Shown: in pieces, positions 5,579-18,480 of the stretch
Numbering within the stretch: position 1 is the first letter of the stretch
How the letters are laid out: each line of letters opens with the position of its first letter
Assembly (NCBI RefSeq): GCF_004376175.1
Contig: NZ_SNUY01000061.1
Coordinates: 1-26,535 of the forward strand
Length of the DNA: 26,535 nt
Source: Halalkalibacterium halodurans
Lineage (GTDB): Bacteria; Bacillota; Bacilli; Bacillales; Bacillaceae_D
Direction of reading: 5' to 3'
Notes under the pieces: model-generated
Database searches by the model: none
What the model was told of the DNA's origin: nothing
What the model saw: only the letters and a program-made list of their open reading frames with translations
Made by a program: the position numbers and the translations under genes

Positions 5579-7927
5579 ATGGGAAAGACGAAACATGCTG
5601 GCCCGATGAAACTAGATAAAAAATGGGACCCGTCATTATGGGCGGGGAAAGTGCCCCTCGGCTTAGGAAAAGTGAAACCAAAACATATTCGCGATACGTT
5701 AAAAGTCGCACTCGAAAATCGCGACAATCTTGGCTATGCCTACCGTATTTTAACACAGGGGGTCTGCGACGGCTGCGCCCTTGGCGTTTCCGGCTTGCAA
5801 GACCAAACGCTCGCGGGACCACACCTTTGCACCACACGGTTAAATGTATTACGGTTGAACACCATGCCGGCCATCGATCCGAAATGGTTGGACGATGTGG
5901 AAGAGCTTAGGAAGCTTGATAGTACGGAGCTACGCAAGCTCGGCCGGATTCCGTATCCACTGTCGCGAAAGCCGGGAGAAAAAAGATTTACCCGCATTAG
6001 CTGGGACGATGCCTTGAACCGTATCGCCGCAAAAATAAAAGCGATTGACCCAAAACAGCTTGCTTTCTACTTAACGGCAAGAGGAATTACAAATGAAGTG
6101 TATTACACAGCGGCCAAGGTGGCTCGTTTTCTAGGAACGAACAACATCGATAATGCGTCAAGAATTTGTCATTCTCCAAGTAAAACGGCGTTAAAACGTT
6201 CTCTCGGTATCGGTGCGTCAAGCTGTAATTATCAAGATTGGATCGGTACCGACGTCCTCGTCTTTTGGGGCTCTGTTGCCGCCAATAACCAGCCAGTATC
6301 AACAAAATATATGTATGCCGCGAAAAAGGCAGGGACGAAGATCATTATGATTAACCCGTACCGTGAGCCGGCGATGGAAAACTATTGGATTCCTTCGATT
6401 CCTGAAAGCGCCCTGTTCGGCACACAAATAGTTGATGATGTATTTCAAGTAAACATTGGCGGCGATATTGCGTTCATGAACGGGGTGATGAAGCATTGGT
6501 TTGAAATGGAGAAAGAGCGGCCAGGATCTGCGATCGACCACGCGTTTATTGCGAACCATACGAACGGCTTTGCAGAGCTTAAGGAGCATGTGGAGCAATT
6601 AAACTGGAACGACATCGTGAAGTCTGCCGGACTTTCAAAAGAACGGATCCTCGAGTTTGCCAAGCTTCTAGCCAACTCACGATCGGGTGTGTTTATTTGG
6701 AGCATGGGACTTACCCAGCACCGATTTGCGACCGATAACATTTCCCAAGTCGCCAATTTAGCTCTTTTGCAAGGGTTTATCGGGCGAAAGCATTGCGGTG
6801 TGATGCCGATTCGCGGCCATAGTGGTGTGCAAGGCTCAGGAGAAATGGGCGCTGATCCATTTGTCTTGCCTGGCGGTGATTTTGAACCAGAACATAAAAA
6901 GCGGATCGAAGCGATCTGGGGATTCCACATTCCAGATTGGCAAGGGGACACGGTCGGGCAAATGTTAGAGAATGTCTTGCTTCCAGACGATCATGAACGA
7001 AAGGTGCGCCTTTTTTATACGAGTGGTGGTAACTTCCTTGAAACGATGCCGGACCCAGCGTTTATCCAACGCGTGTTGGAAAACGTCGAGCTTCGCGTCC
7101 ATCAAGACATCATTTTTAACACGTCCACTCTCGTAGATGCAAAAGAAGAAGTGATCGTTCTTCCAGCGATGACGCGCTATGAACAGCCAGGTGGAGGAAC
7201 GTCGACGAGCACGGAGCGAATGGTCTACTTCAGTCCGGAAATTAAAGGCCCGCGAATCGAAGAAGCACGGGCAGAATGGGACATTTACATCGAGCTCGCC
7301 AAACGAGTCGATCCAGAACGGGCTCATTTAATCGATTTTCAAACTGCCCAACAAATCCGTGATGAAATTGCCGTAGCTAATCCGAATTATGACGGAATCC
7401 AACACCTGAAAAATCGCGGAGATGTCTTTCAATGGGGAGGTGCATGGCTTTGTGAAGGGGGTGTTTGCCCAACACCTGATGGACGTGGAAACTTACTCCC
7501 TATCGACCTACCAGAGTTCCGCCGCACCGAGGGTCACTTTTACGTGACAAGTCGGCGAGGCAAACAGTTTAACTCGATGGTGTACAGTGAAACGGACCCA
7601 TTTAACGGAGCCGATCGTTATGACGTGATCATGAACGAAACGGACGGGAAGAAATTAAATATTCGTAACGGTGAATCGATTGTCGTCTACAACCAATATG
7701 GTACGTTCCAAGGACGCGCCTGCTTTGGCGACACCCAGACAGGGAACATTGCGGTTTATTGGCCTGAAGGAAACATGCTTCTTCCGAAAGGTGTTTACGA
7801 AACGCATGCGAAAATCCCTGAGTACAATACGACGGTGATCGTTGAAAAAGCCGAGAGCTTCCATGCGCAAAAAGACAGACGCTACCTCGAAAAACGGGTC
7901 GAGGAGCTGGAGCTTGAAGCGAACTGA
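5579..7927 (+). CDS. FdhF/YdeP-family molybdopterin oxidoreductase (formate dehydrogenase alpha-like, Cys type)
   Basis: 782-aa ORF with the size and N-terminal layout of the YdeP/Fdh-alpha-like family. It has an N-terminal Cys group (CDGCALG...C) and a SRICHSPS motif aligning with the SeCys/Cys-His active site of formate dehydrogenases (Cys197-His198, nt 6167-6172). There is no in-frame TGA. AAAGGA lies upstream of the ATG. Confidence 0.88.
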   Translation: MGKTKHAGPMKLDKKWDPSLWAGKVPLGLGKVKPKHIRDTLKVALENRDNLGYAYRILTQGVCDGCALGVSGLQDQTLAGPHLCTTRLNVLRLNTMPAIDPKWLDDVEELRKLDSTELRKLGRIPYPLSRKPGEKRFTRISWDDALNRIAAKIKAIDPKQLAFYLTARGITNEVYYTAAKVARFLGTNNIDNASRICHSPSKTALKRSLGIGASSCNYQDWIGTDVLVFWGSVAANNQPVSTKYMYAAKKAGTKIIMINPYREPAMENYWIPSIPESALFGTQIVDDVFQVNIGGDIAFMNGVMKHWFEMEKERPGSAIDHAFIANHTNGFAELKEHVEQLNWNDIVKSAGLSKERILEFAKLLANSRSGVFIWSMGLTQHRFATDNISQVANLALLQGFIGRKHCGVMPIRGHSGVQGSGEMGADPFVLPGGDFEPEHKKRIEAIWGFHIPDWQGDTVGQMLENVLLPDDHERKVRLFYTSGGNFLETMPDPAFIQRVLENVELRVHQDIIFNTSTLVDAKEEVIVLPAMTRYEQPGGGTSTSTERMVYFSPEIKGPRIEEARAEWDIYIELAKRVDPERAHLIDFQTAQQIRDEIAVANPNYDGIQHLKNRGDVFQWGGAWLCEGGVCPTPDGRGNLLPIDLPEFRRTEGHFYVTSRRGKQFNSMVYSETDPFNGADRYDVIMNETDGKKLNIRNGESIVVYNQYGTFQGRACFGDTQTGNIAVYWPEGNMLLPKGVYETHAKIPEYNTTVIVEKAESFHAQKDRRYLEKRVEELELEAN

Positions 7928-7958
7928 GAAAAACCGCCTCGATTTGAGGCGGTTTTCG
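7928..7958. terminator. bidirectional intrinsic terminator shared by the convergent molybdoenzyme and methyltransferase genes
   Basis: AAAAACCGCCTC (7929-7940), loop GATTT, GAGGCGGTTTT (7946-7956). A-runs and T-runs flank both sides. The hairpin exactly fills the gap between the stop codons at 7927 and 7959. Confidence 0.75.
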
Positions 7959-8621
7959 TTATTTGTTCCATGACGCAACCGTCACGACCGCTAAGCCGTC
8001 AAGGACGAGCTCATGGGTAACCACCCATGCTCCGTGTTTCTTAAAGAAATGCGTAAGCTGTTCAGCCGTATAACGATGACGACGTGTCGAGACATTGGAC
8101 CATTGCAATAGCGTTTTTTCTTCAAAGCCTGTGATCCCGCTCTTCTTGCAGTAAGCTTTTGCAGCGGCATGATTCATCTTGTTAGTCGGGTTTAGCATTC
8201 CGATCACACCTGCCCCATTTAGCACCCGAATCATTTCCTTCATCCCTCGCTCGGGCTCTGGCAGAAGGAACATGACACAAGTAGAGAGGCAAACGTCAAA
8301 CGATTCATCGGCAAACGGCAGATCATACGCGTCCCCTTGGACGACCGTCAGCCTTCCGCATTGCTTGTGTTCATGCAATCGCTCTTCTGTCGCCAATACC
8401 ATTTGTTTTGACAAATCCACTCCTGCTAAGTGGGCTGCCTCATGTACTCCTCTTGCCAACAAGCGCCCCGTTCCGCACCCTACATCTAATACGGCACGAT
8501 TCGCCCAGGATCCCGTCCCTTTTTTTAACCGATCGTGGACTGGACGAAGCCAGCTCGCCTGCGCCATCCCGTCAAAAAAAGAGACGAGTGGATCAAACTC
8601 TTCACCCGTCATTTTTCGCAT
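7959..8621 (-). CDS. class I SAM-dependent methyltransferase
   Basis: Motif I is VLDVGCGTGRL, followed by GVDLS and an acidic DAYDLPF segment (Methyltransf_11/25-like). The track ORF begins at TTG 8678. I prefer ATG 8621 (MRKMTGEEF), which is 7 nt after GGGGAGG. Confidence 0.8.
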   Translation of the reverse strand: MRKMTGEEFDPLVSFFDGMAQASWLRPVHDRLKKGTGSWANRAVLDVGCGTGRLLARGVHEAAHLAGVDLSKQMVLATEERLHEHKQCGRLTVVQGDAYDLPFADESFDVCLSTCVMFLLPEPERGMKEMIRVLNGAGVIGMLNPTNKMNHAAAKAYCKKSGITGFEEKTLLQWSNVSTRRHRYTAEQLTHFFKKHGAWVVTHELVLDGLAVVTVASWNK

Positions 8622-8678
8622 TCCATTGCCTCCCCTCTCCTTCCTTTTTAGCATACTAAGGTAGAAGGCAAATGACAA

Positions 8679-9311
8679 TTATTCGTTCATCCAACTTTGC
8701 GAGCTAGGATTTTCACGCCATTTCTGTAATTTTTGTAATTCTTCTTCTGAGATGTCACCACGTCTGATCGCAACATCTAGCAAAGTCGGATAGTCCGTTA
8801 ATACGTAGGAGGGAAGATTAGCTGCCTCTAGCTGATCCTGCCCTTTCTCTAGCCCGTATGTAAAAATCGCCACAACTCCAAGAACGTCAGCACCAGCTTC
8901 TCTTAACGCATCGGCTGCTTGAATGACACTTCCTCCAGTCGAGATAAGGTCTTCAATAATGACGACACGATCCTTGGAAGAGAGCTTCCCTTCGATTTGA
9001 TTTTGCTTGCCATGACCTTTTGACTTGCTACGAACATAAACCATTGGTGCTTGCAGTCGATCACTTACCCACGCAGCGTGGGGAATTCCCGCTGTCGCAG
9101 TTCCTGCAACAACGGTCACCTCTGGAAAATGTGAGCGAATCAACTGCTCAAATCCTTCCGCAATCGACTGGCGAATGTGCGGATAGCCCATCGTTAGACG
9201 ATTGTCGCAATAAATCGGCGACTTGATCCCAGAACTCCACGTAAAGGGGTCGTTCGGGCGTAACGTAACCGCCTCAATGTCTAACAAATGTTGTGCGATT
9301 GTCTCTTTCAT
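8679..9311 (-). CDS. pyrE: orotate phosphoribosyltransferase
   Basis: PRPP-binding motif [13 protein letters not shown]. The N-terminus [15 protein letters not shown] resembles B. subtilis PyrE. The ATG at 9311 follows GGGAGGG; the track start at 9326 gives a 5-aa extension. Confidence 0.93.
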   Translation of the reverse strand: MKETIAQHLLDIEAVTLRPNDPFTWSSGIKSPIYCDNRLTMGYPHIRQSIAEGFEQLIRSHFPEVTVVAGTATAGIPHAAWVSDRLQAPMVYVRSKSKGHGKQNQIEGKLSSKDRVVIIEDLISTGGSVIQAADALREAGADVLGVVAIFTYGLEKGQDQLEAANLPSYVLTDYPTLLDVAIRRGDISEEELQKLQKWRENPSSQSWMNE

Positions 9312-9313
9312 CC

Positions 9314-11708
<2,395 letters not shown>

Positions 11709-11724
11709 CGGTCCTCCCCTTTCT

Positions 11725-14700
11725 CTATTGCATGACCGGCATGCTTTCAGCAGAAAACGTAATGGATTCTAGGACGCGGAGAAGCGCCTCGGCTGTGTCT
11801 AGTGATGTGAGACATACGACCCCGTTTTCGACCGATTCACGGCGAATTCGAAACCCGTCACGGGCTGGTTGCTTTCCTCTCGTTAACGTGTTGATGACAA
11901 ATTGAGCGTCACCTGCACGGATCACGTCTAGCAAATGGGGCTTTTCGTCGCTAATCTTGTTGACCGTCGTCACTGGAATGCCCTCCGCTTGCAGAATATG
12001 GGCTGTTCCTTCCGTTGCGAGAATCGAGAAGCCGATTTGATAAAAGCGTTTTGCGAGACTGATCGCTTCCTGCTTGTCTTTATCGGCGATCGTAAACAAC
12101 ACCGAACCGTGGGTCGGAATGCTCATTCCTGAGGCAATTAACCCTTTGTACAATGCTTTTTCTAACGTTTTGTCTCGGCCCATTACTTCACCTGTTGACT
12201 TCATTTCTGGTCCTAGCGTGATGTCCACCCGGCGCAATTTTGCGAACGAAAAGACGGGTACTTTTACAGAGACTTCTTTTGCCTCTGGATGGTAGCCTGT
12301 TTCATAGCCGAGCTGCGGCAATGTTTTCCCAAGCATCACCTTCGTCGCCACATTCGCCATCGGAACACCTGTCACCTTGCTTAAAAACGGTACCGTTCGG
12401 CTTGACCGTGGGTTTACTTCAAGGACGTACACATCGTCTTTATGCCAGACGAACTGAATGTTCAGCAACCCGACAATCCGCAACCCTCTAGCAAGCTCGA
12501 TCGTCCGTTCGATCAGCTTTTGTTTCAGCGATTCAGGAACGGTTTGCGGCGGATAGACAGCAATCGAGTCTCCCGAGTGAACCCCTGCCCGCTCAATGTG
12601 CTCCATAATGCCTGGAATATAGACGTTTTCTCCATCGGATATTGCGTCAACCTCTAGCTCTTTACCTGTCAAATAGCGGTCGATGAGCACGGGATGTTTC
12701 GGATTCACTTTGACCGCATGGGCCATATAGTTTAACAGTTCTTCTTCTTTATAAACGATTTCCATTGCCCGGCCGCCGAGTACATACGACGGTCTGACGA
12801 GAACTGGGTAGCCGATACGTTCAGCAATTTGGCGAGCTTCCTCAATCGAAGTTGCCGTATCGCCTAATGGTTGTGGGATGTTCAATTCAACCAATGTCTG
12901 TTCAAACTTATCCCGATCCTCGGCACGATCCATGTCTTCAAGAGCCGTTCCGATAATTTTCACGCCGCGTGCCGCTAGCTCGGACGCCAAATTAATCGCT
13001 GTCTGTCCCCCGAACTGGACGATCACCCCTTCTGGCTGCTCCAAATTAACAATGTGCATCACATCTTCGACGGTGAGCGGTTCAAAATAAAGTTTGTCGG
13101 ACGTGCTAAAGTCTGTTGATACGGTCTCAGGGTTATTGTTCACAATAATCGCTTCGTACCCTGCTTCTTTAATCGCCCATACCGTATGAACCGTTGCATA
13201 ATCAAATTCGATTCCTTGTCCGATTCGGATCGGGCCAGAGCCTAACACGAGAATGCTTTTTTTATCGGTTCGTTCCGATTCGTTTTCTTCTTCGTACGTT
13301 CCGTAAAAATACGGTGTCGCCGACGCAAACTCTGCTGCACACGTATCGACCATTTTATAGACTGGTGAGAGGCCATGGTTCATCCGGAGCTCATACACTT
13401 CCTGTTCGGATGTTCCCCATAGATCGGCGATGATCATATCGGAGAACCCACGCTCTTTTGCTTCTTTTAGTAGCTCTAAATCGCCTACGTTTTCCTTTAG
13501 TTGTTTTTCGAGCTGGATGATTCTTGCAAACGAACGGAGGAAGAAGCGATCAATTTTTGTTAACGCCCAAAGCTCTTCGATCGTATACCCTCTACGGATC
13601 GCCTCTCCTAAGGCAAACAATCGCTCGTCATCAGGCTTTGTCAGCTTTTTCTCGAGGCTTTCTTTATCAAGGTCATTTACATCTGGTTGATCTAAGTGAT
13701 AGACCCCGGCTTCTAATGAACGAACCGCTTTTAACAGAGATTCCTCCAAGTTCCGTCCAATCGCCATTACTTCCCCAGTCGCCTTCATCTGTGTACCGAG
13801 GAAACGGTTGGCTGCTTCGAATTTATCAAAAGGCCAGCGTGGAATTTTGCTCACGACATAGTCAAGAGCAGGCTCGAAGCTAGCATACGTCGTTTGGGTA
13901 ATCGGATTGAGCAATTCATCCAATGTATAACCAACGGCAATTTTTGCGGCAATTTTTGCAATCGGATAACCGGTCGCTTTCGACGCGAGGGCAGATGAAC
14001 GGCTCACCCGTGGATTCACTTCAATGATGTAATATTGGAAGCTATCCGGATCAAGGGCAAACTGAACGTTACACCCTCCTTCAATTCCTAGAGCGCGAAT
14101 AATCTTTAACGACGAGTTTCGTAGCATTTGGTATTCACGATCGGATAACGTTTGCGACGGGGCCACAACGATTGAATCCCCTGTATGAACGCCGACAGGA
14201 TCGATGTTTTCCATGTTACAGACGACGATCGCATGATCTTTTCCATCCCGCATGACTTCATATTCAATTTCTTTAAAGCCCGCGATGCTTTTTTCCACTA
14301 GACATTGGGTCACAGGGCTATACTTCAAACCGCTCGTTACGATTTCAACAAGGTCTTCTTCATTGTATACGAGACCCCCGCCAGTACCGCCGAGCGTATA
14401 CGCAGGGCGAACGATGATCGGGTAGCCGACACGCTCGACGAACGTGTACGCTTCCTCCAACGTATGAATGATCTCACTATCTGGCACAGGTTCATTTAAT
14501 TCTTTCATCAATGCTCGAAACAGGTCACGGTCTTCCGCCTGTTGAATCGAATCTAATTTCGTCCCGAGAAGTTCGACATTGTACTCTTTTAAAATGCCCG
14601 CTTGGTCTAATTCAACCGCCATGTTTAACCCTGTTTGGCCACCGAGTGTCGGCAAGATGCCATCCGGTCGCTCCATGCGAATAATTCGGCTCACAAATTC

Positions 14701-14913
14701 TAGCGTTAACGGCTCAATGTAGACACGGTCAGCCATTGTCGTATCGGTCATGATCGTGGCAGGATTGGAATTGACGAGAATCACTTCATAGCCTTCTTCC
14801 TTTAATGCTTGACACGCTTGCGTTCCTGCGTAATCAAACTCCGCCGCTTGTCCGATGACAATTGGTCCTGAACCGATGACGAGAATTTTTTTAATATCTT
14901 CGCGTTTCCCCAT
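11725..14913 (-). CDS. carB: carbamoyl-phosphate synthase large subunit (pyrimidine-specific)
   Basis: 1062 aa. The N-terminus [26 protein letters not shown] is duplicated at about residue 550 ([19 protein letters not shown]), giving two ATP-grasp halves. There is a C-terminal MGS-like domain. Position in the operon equals B. subtilis pyrAB. Confidence 0.97.
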   Translation of the reverse strand: MGKREDIKKILVIGSGPIVIGQAAEFDYAGTQACQALKEEGYEVILVNSNPATIMTDTTMADRVYIEPLTLEFVSRIIRMERPDGILPTLGGQTGLNMAVELDQAGILKEYNVELLGTKLDSIQQAEDRDLFRALMKELNEPVPDSEIIHTLEEAYTFVERVGYPIIVRPAYTLGGTGGGLVYNEEDLVEIVTSGLKYSPVTQCLVEKSIAGFKEIEYEVMRDGKDHAIVVCNMENIDPVGVHTGDSIVVAPSQTLSDREYQMLRNSSLKIIRALGIEGGCNVQFALDPDSFQYYIIEVNPRVSRSSALASKATGYPIAKIAAKIAVGYTLDELLNPITQTTYASFEPALDYVVSKIPRWPFDKFEAANRFLGTQMKATGEVMAIGRNLEESLLKAVRSLEAGVYHLDQPDVNDLDKESLEKKLTKPDDERLFALGEAIRRGYTIEELWALTKIDRFFLRSFARIIQLEKQLKENVGDLELLKEAKERGFSDMIIADLWGTSEQEVYELRMNHGLSPVYKMVDTCAAEFASATPYFYGTYEEENESERTDKKSILVLGSGPIRIGQGIEFDYATVHTVWAIKEAGYEAIIVNNNPETVSTDFSTSDKLYFEPLTVEDVMHIVNLEQPEGVIVQFGGQTAINLASELAARGVKIIGTALEDMDRAEDRDKFEQTLVELNIPQPLGDTATSIEEARQIAERIGYPVLVRPSYVLGGRAMEIVYKEEELLNYMAHAVKVNPKHPVLIDRYLTGKELEVDAISDGENVYIPGIMEHIERAGVHSGDSIAVYPPQTVPESLKQKLIERTIELARGLRIVGLLNIQFVWHKDDVYVLEVNPRSSRTVPFLSKVTGVPMANVATKVMLGKTLPQLGYETGYHPEAKEVSVKVPVFSFAKLRRVDITLGPEMKSTGEVMGRDKTLEKALYKGLIASGMSIPTHGSVLFTIADKDKQEAISLAKRFYQIGFSILATEGTAHILQAEGIPVTTVNKISDEKPHLLDVIRAGDAQFVINTLTRGKQPARDGFRIRRESVENGVVCLTSLDTAEALLRVLESITFSAESMPVMQ

Positions 14914-14940
14914 GTTCTCTCACTCTCCCAATTTTATCTG

Positions 14941-16029
14941 TTATACCGTGAGCGCCCGATGCTTGTTTGATTCCATCAGCTTAATAAAACGATCGAATAG
15001 CACGTTTGAATCTTCCGGTCCTGGTGATGCCTCCGGGTGGTACTGAACGCTGAACGCTGGATGTACTTTGTGTGCCAATCCTTCAATTGTTCCGTCATTC
15101 ACTGCTTCATGGGTAACGATTAAATCCGTATTCACAAGTGAACCTTCCGTTACCGTATAGCCATGATTTTGTGCCGTAATTTCGATCAATCCCGTACTCC
15201 GTTCACGCACAGGGTGGTTCGAGCCGCGATGCCCGAAGCGAAGCTTTTCTGTTTTTGCTCCGCAAGCAAGTGCGAACAGTTGATGACCGAGGCAAATACC
15301 AAACAACGGAACTTTTCCTAATAGGTTGCGGATCATTTCTACTCCCTCAGATACGTCCTCTGGGTTTCCTGGTCCGTTGCTTAACAGGACGCCGTCAGGC
15401 CCTAAGCGGAGCACCTCTTCTGCTGATGTGTGGTAAGGCACAACAAACACTTCACAATTGCGGCGGATGAGCTCCTGTAAAATGTTATGCTTCATTCCAT
15501 AATCAACGAGGACAACGCGCTTACCAGGGCCTGGTACGTGGTATGGATCTCTCGTTGAGACGCGCGACACTTGATCGGTCGGTGTTGGTGTTGCTTTCAA
15601 CTCCTGAACGATTTGCTCTACGTCTACATCAAGTGGGCAGAGCTGGCCTTTTAACGTACCGTGCATCCGAATCAAGCGGGTGAGCTTTCGAGTGTCGATC
15701 CCAGATAGTCCAGGAATTTGCTTCGCTTTTAACAGGGAGTCTAATGATTCTTCACTTCTCCAGTTGCTCGGAATGTCACATGCTTCTTTGACGATTAACC
15801 CGTGTATCGCTGGATTCATCGATTCAAAGTCGTCGCGGTTAATTCCATAATTTCCGATCAATGGGTAAGTTAATGTCACAATTTGTCCGCAGTAGGATGG
15901 ATCAGAGAGCATCTCTTGGTAGCCTGTCATTCCCGTGTTAAATACCACTTCTCCTGACATTTCTCGATCGCTACCAAACCCTTTTCCTACAAACACACTG
16001 CCATCTTCTAAAATGAGTTGTCTTTTCAT
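14941..16029 (-). CDS. carA: carbamoyl-phosphate synthase small (glutaminase) subunit
   Basis: GATase catalytic motif GICLGHQL and the HRGSNHPV and QYHPE motifs. I prefer ATG 16029 ([10 protein letters not shown]), which makes an ATGA overlap with the pyrC stop and follows AGAGGTGG. The track start at 16104 adds 25 unlikely residues. Confidence 0.94.
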   Translation of the reverse strand: MKRQLILEDGSVFVGKGFGSDREMSGEVVFNTGMTGYQEMLSDPSYCGQIVTLTYPLIGNYGINRDDFESMNPAIHGLIVKEACDIPSNWRSEESLDSLLKAKQIPGLSGIDTRKLTRLIRMHGTLKGQLCPLDVDVEQIVQELKATPTPTDQVSRVSTRDPYHVPGPGKRVVLVDYGMKHNILQELIRRNCEVFVVPYHTSAEEVLRLGPDGVLLSNGPGNPEDVSEGVEMIRNLLGKVPLFGICLGHQLFALACGAKTEKLRFGHRGSNHPVRERSTGLIEITAQNHGYTVTEGSLVNTDLIVTHEAVNDGTIEGLAHKVHPAFSVQYHPEASPGPEDSNVLFDRFIKLMESNKHRALTV

Positions 16030-17312
16030 CTCGCCACCTCTTTCTCTTCCCAAACAAGCTTGCCACCTACAAGTGTTGCTACCGGCCACCCTTGGCATGT
16101 CCACCCAGCAAACGGTGTGTTGCGGCCTTTTGAAGCAAAATGTGCTGGATCGATCGCTCGTTCCACTTCTAGGTCAATGATCGTCACATCTGCTGGTGCC
16201 CCCTCTTCCAACCGGCCATACGGTAGCTGGAATGTTTCCGCTGGATCAATCGTCAACCAATCAACAAGTTGCTTTAGCGTAAAGGTCCCTTTTTTGACAA
16301 AATGAGTGTACAGAAGGGGGAACGCCGTCTCTAATCCGACAATACCGAACGGTGCGCGCTCCATTCCTTGCCCTTTTTCCTCTTCTGTATGCGGAGCATG
16401 GTCTGTCGCAATAAAGTCGATTGTTCCATCTAGCAATCCTTCAATTAACGCCTCTCGATCTTTTTTCCCACGGAGCGGCGGATTCATTTTATAGTGGGCA
16501 TCCAAACCTGGAATGTCTTCATCGCACAATAATAAATGATGTGGTGTCACTTCCGCCGTTACACGAATGCCTGCACGCTTAGCATCTCGGACAACCCGAA
16601 CCGATTCCTTTGTACTAATGTGACAGACGTGGTAGTGAACACCTGCCGCTTCGGCTAAAAGCACATCGCGAGCAATGTGAACGGACTCACAAACCGATGG
16701 AATCCCTGCAATCCCATGCTTTTTTGAAAATACTCCTTCGTGGACTGAACCGTTTTGGATCAACGTATTTTCTTCACAGTGGGCAACGATGGCCATCTCG
16801 AGCTTTGCCGCCTCTTTCATCGCTTCAAGCATCATCGCTGCCGATTGTACGCCTACACCATCATCGGTAAAGGCAAAGGCGCCTGCTTCCTTTAACTTGG
16901 CAAAGTCGGTTAGCTCCCGGCCAAGCTGTCTCGTCGTGATGGCTGCGTATGGTAAAACGCGGACAACCCCTGTCTCATCAATTCTACCTGTCAGCCAGCT
17001 CATTTGCTCAGCGCTGTCTGGAACCGGACGAGTATTTGGCATGGCCGCAACAGTAGTAAAGCCTCCTTTCGCTGCCGCCTTTGTTCCTGTTTCAATCGTC
17101 TCCTTCGCTTCACCACCTGGCTCCCGTAAATGAACATGTAAATCCACAAGTCCAGGGGTCACTAGCTTTCCATTCGCTTCGATTACATGGGCGTCCGTTT
17201 CTTCAAGATTTAAGCCAATGGCGGAAATCACGCCATCGTTCAACAATACATCTTGTGTTTTAACCGTTCCTTCCTTTGTGACGATGCTGCCATTTTTAAT
17301 CAACGTTTTCAT
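16026..17312 (-). CDS. pyrC: dihydroorotase
   Basis: Metal-binding [10 protein letters not shown] and the later DHAPH motif. The ATG at 17312 (MKTLIKNG) follows GGGGAGAGAG. The product is 428 aa, as I recall for B. subtilis PyrC. Confidence 0.95.
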   Translation of the reverse strand: MKTLIKNGSIVTKEGTVKTQDVLLNDGVISAIGLNLEETDAHVIEANGKLVTPGLVDLHVHLREPGGEAKETIETGTKAAAKGGFTTVAAMPNTRPVPDSAEQMSWLTGRIDETGVVRVLPYAAITTRQLGRELTDFAKLKEAGAFAFTDDGVGVQSAAMMLEAMKEAAKLEMAIVAHCEENTLIQNGSVHEGVFSKKHGIAGIPSVCESVHIARDVLLAEAAGVHYHVCHISTKESVRVVRDAKRAGIRVTAEVTPHHLLLCDEDIPGLDAHYKMNPPLRGKKDREALIEGLLDGTIDFIATDHAPHTEEEKGQGMERAPFGIVGLETAFPLLYTHFVKKGTFTLKQLVDWLTIDPAETFQLPYGRLEEGAPADVTIIDLEVERAIDPAHFASKGRNTPFAGWTCQGWPVATLVGGKLVWEEKEVAR

Positions 17313-17328
17313 GTTCTCTCTCCCCTTA

Positions 17329-18252
<924 letters not shown>

Positions 18253-18346
18253 TCACCTCAGATTATAAAATGAGAACCTTGCCTTACCGCCAAGTCATCA
18301 TGGCAGAATCGATTGGTTCTCTTATCTTTTTTTCTCTTAAGAGTGT

Positions 18347-18466
18347 AAAAAACACGCCCGATCGAGCAGCTTCGGGCGTGCAGAGGTAGAGAAAGGCCTC
18401 GCTTTACTGATTGCCTCTCTCAAACAAGTCACGCCTTTGAAGGCTCTCTGTCCTTCATTAAAGGTC
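18347..18466 (-). promoter_or_regulatory. pyr attenuator 3 (PyrR-binding-loop-like hairpin plus terminator) between pyrP and pyrB
   Basis: Read on the minus strand. The hairpin CCTTTaatgAAGGacagagagCCTTcAAAGG (18432-18466) has the same lower stem, UUUAAU bulge and upper stem architecture as the other two boxes. Terminator CACGCCCGaagctgctcgatCGGGCGTG plus TTTTTT lies at 18347-18380. Confidence 0.65.
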
Positions 18467-18480
18467 GATCCTTTCAGTTG

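Noticed and set aside
6445-6951. Long antisense or out-of-frame ORFs inside large genes (for example 6445-6951, 8179-8664, 17740-18186, 19337-19762, 22196-22537, 25626-25988, 13524-13883)
   Set aside because: These are shadow ORFs opposite or overlapping confidently identified conserved genes. They have low-complexity or Arg/Ser/Pro-rich translations and no translation signals.
5579-7927. Selenocysteine-containing formate dehydrogenase
   Set aside because: The ORF is uninterrupted, the active-site position is encoded by TGT (Cys), and there is no in-frame TGA.
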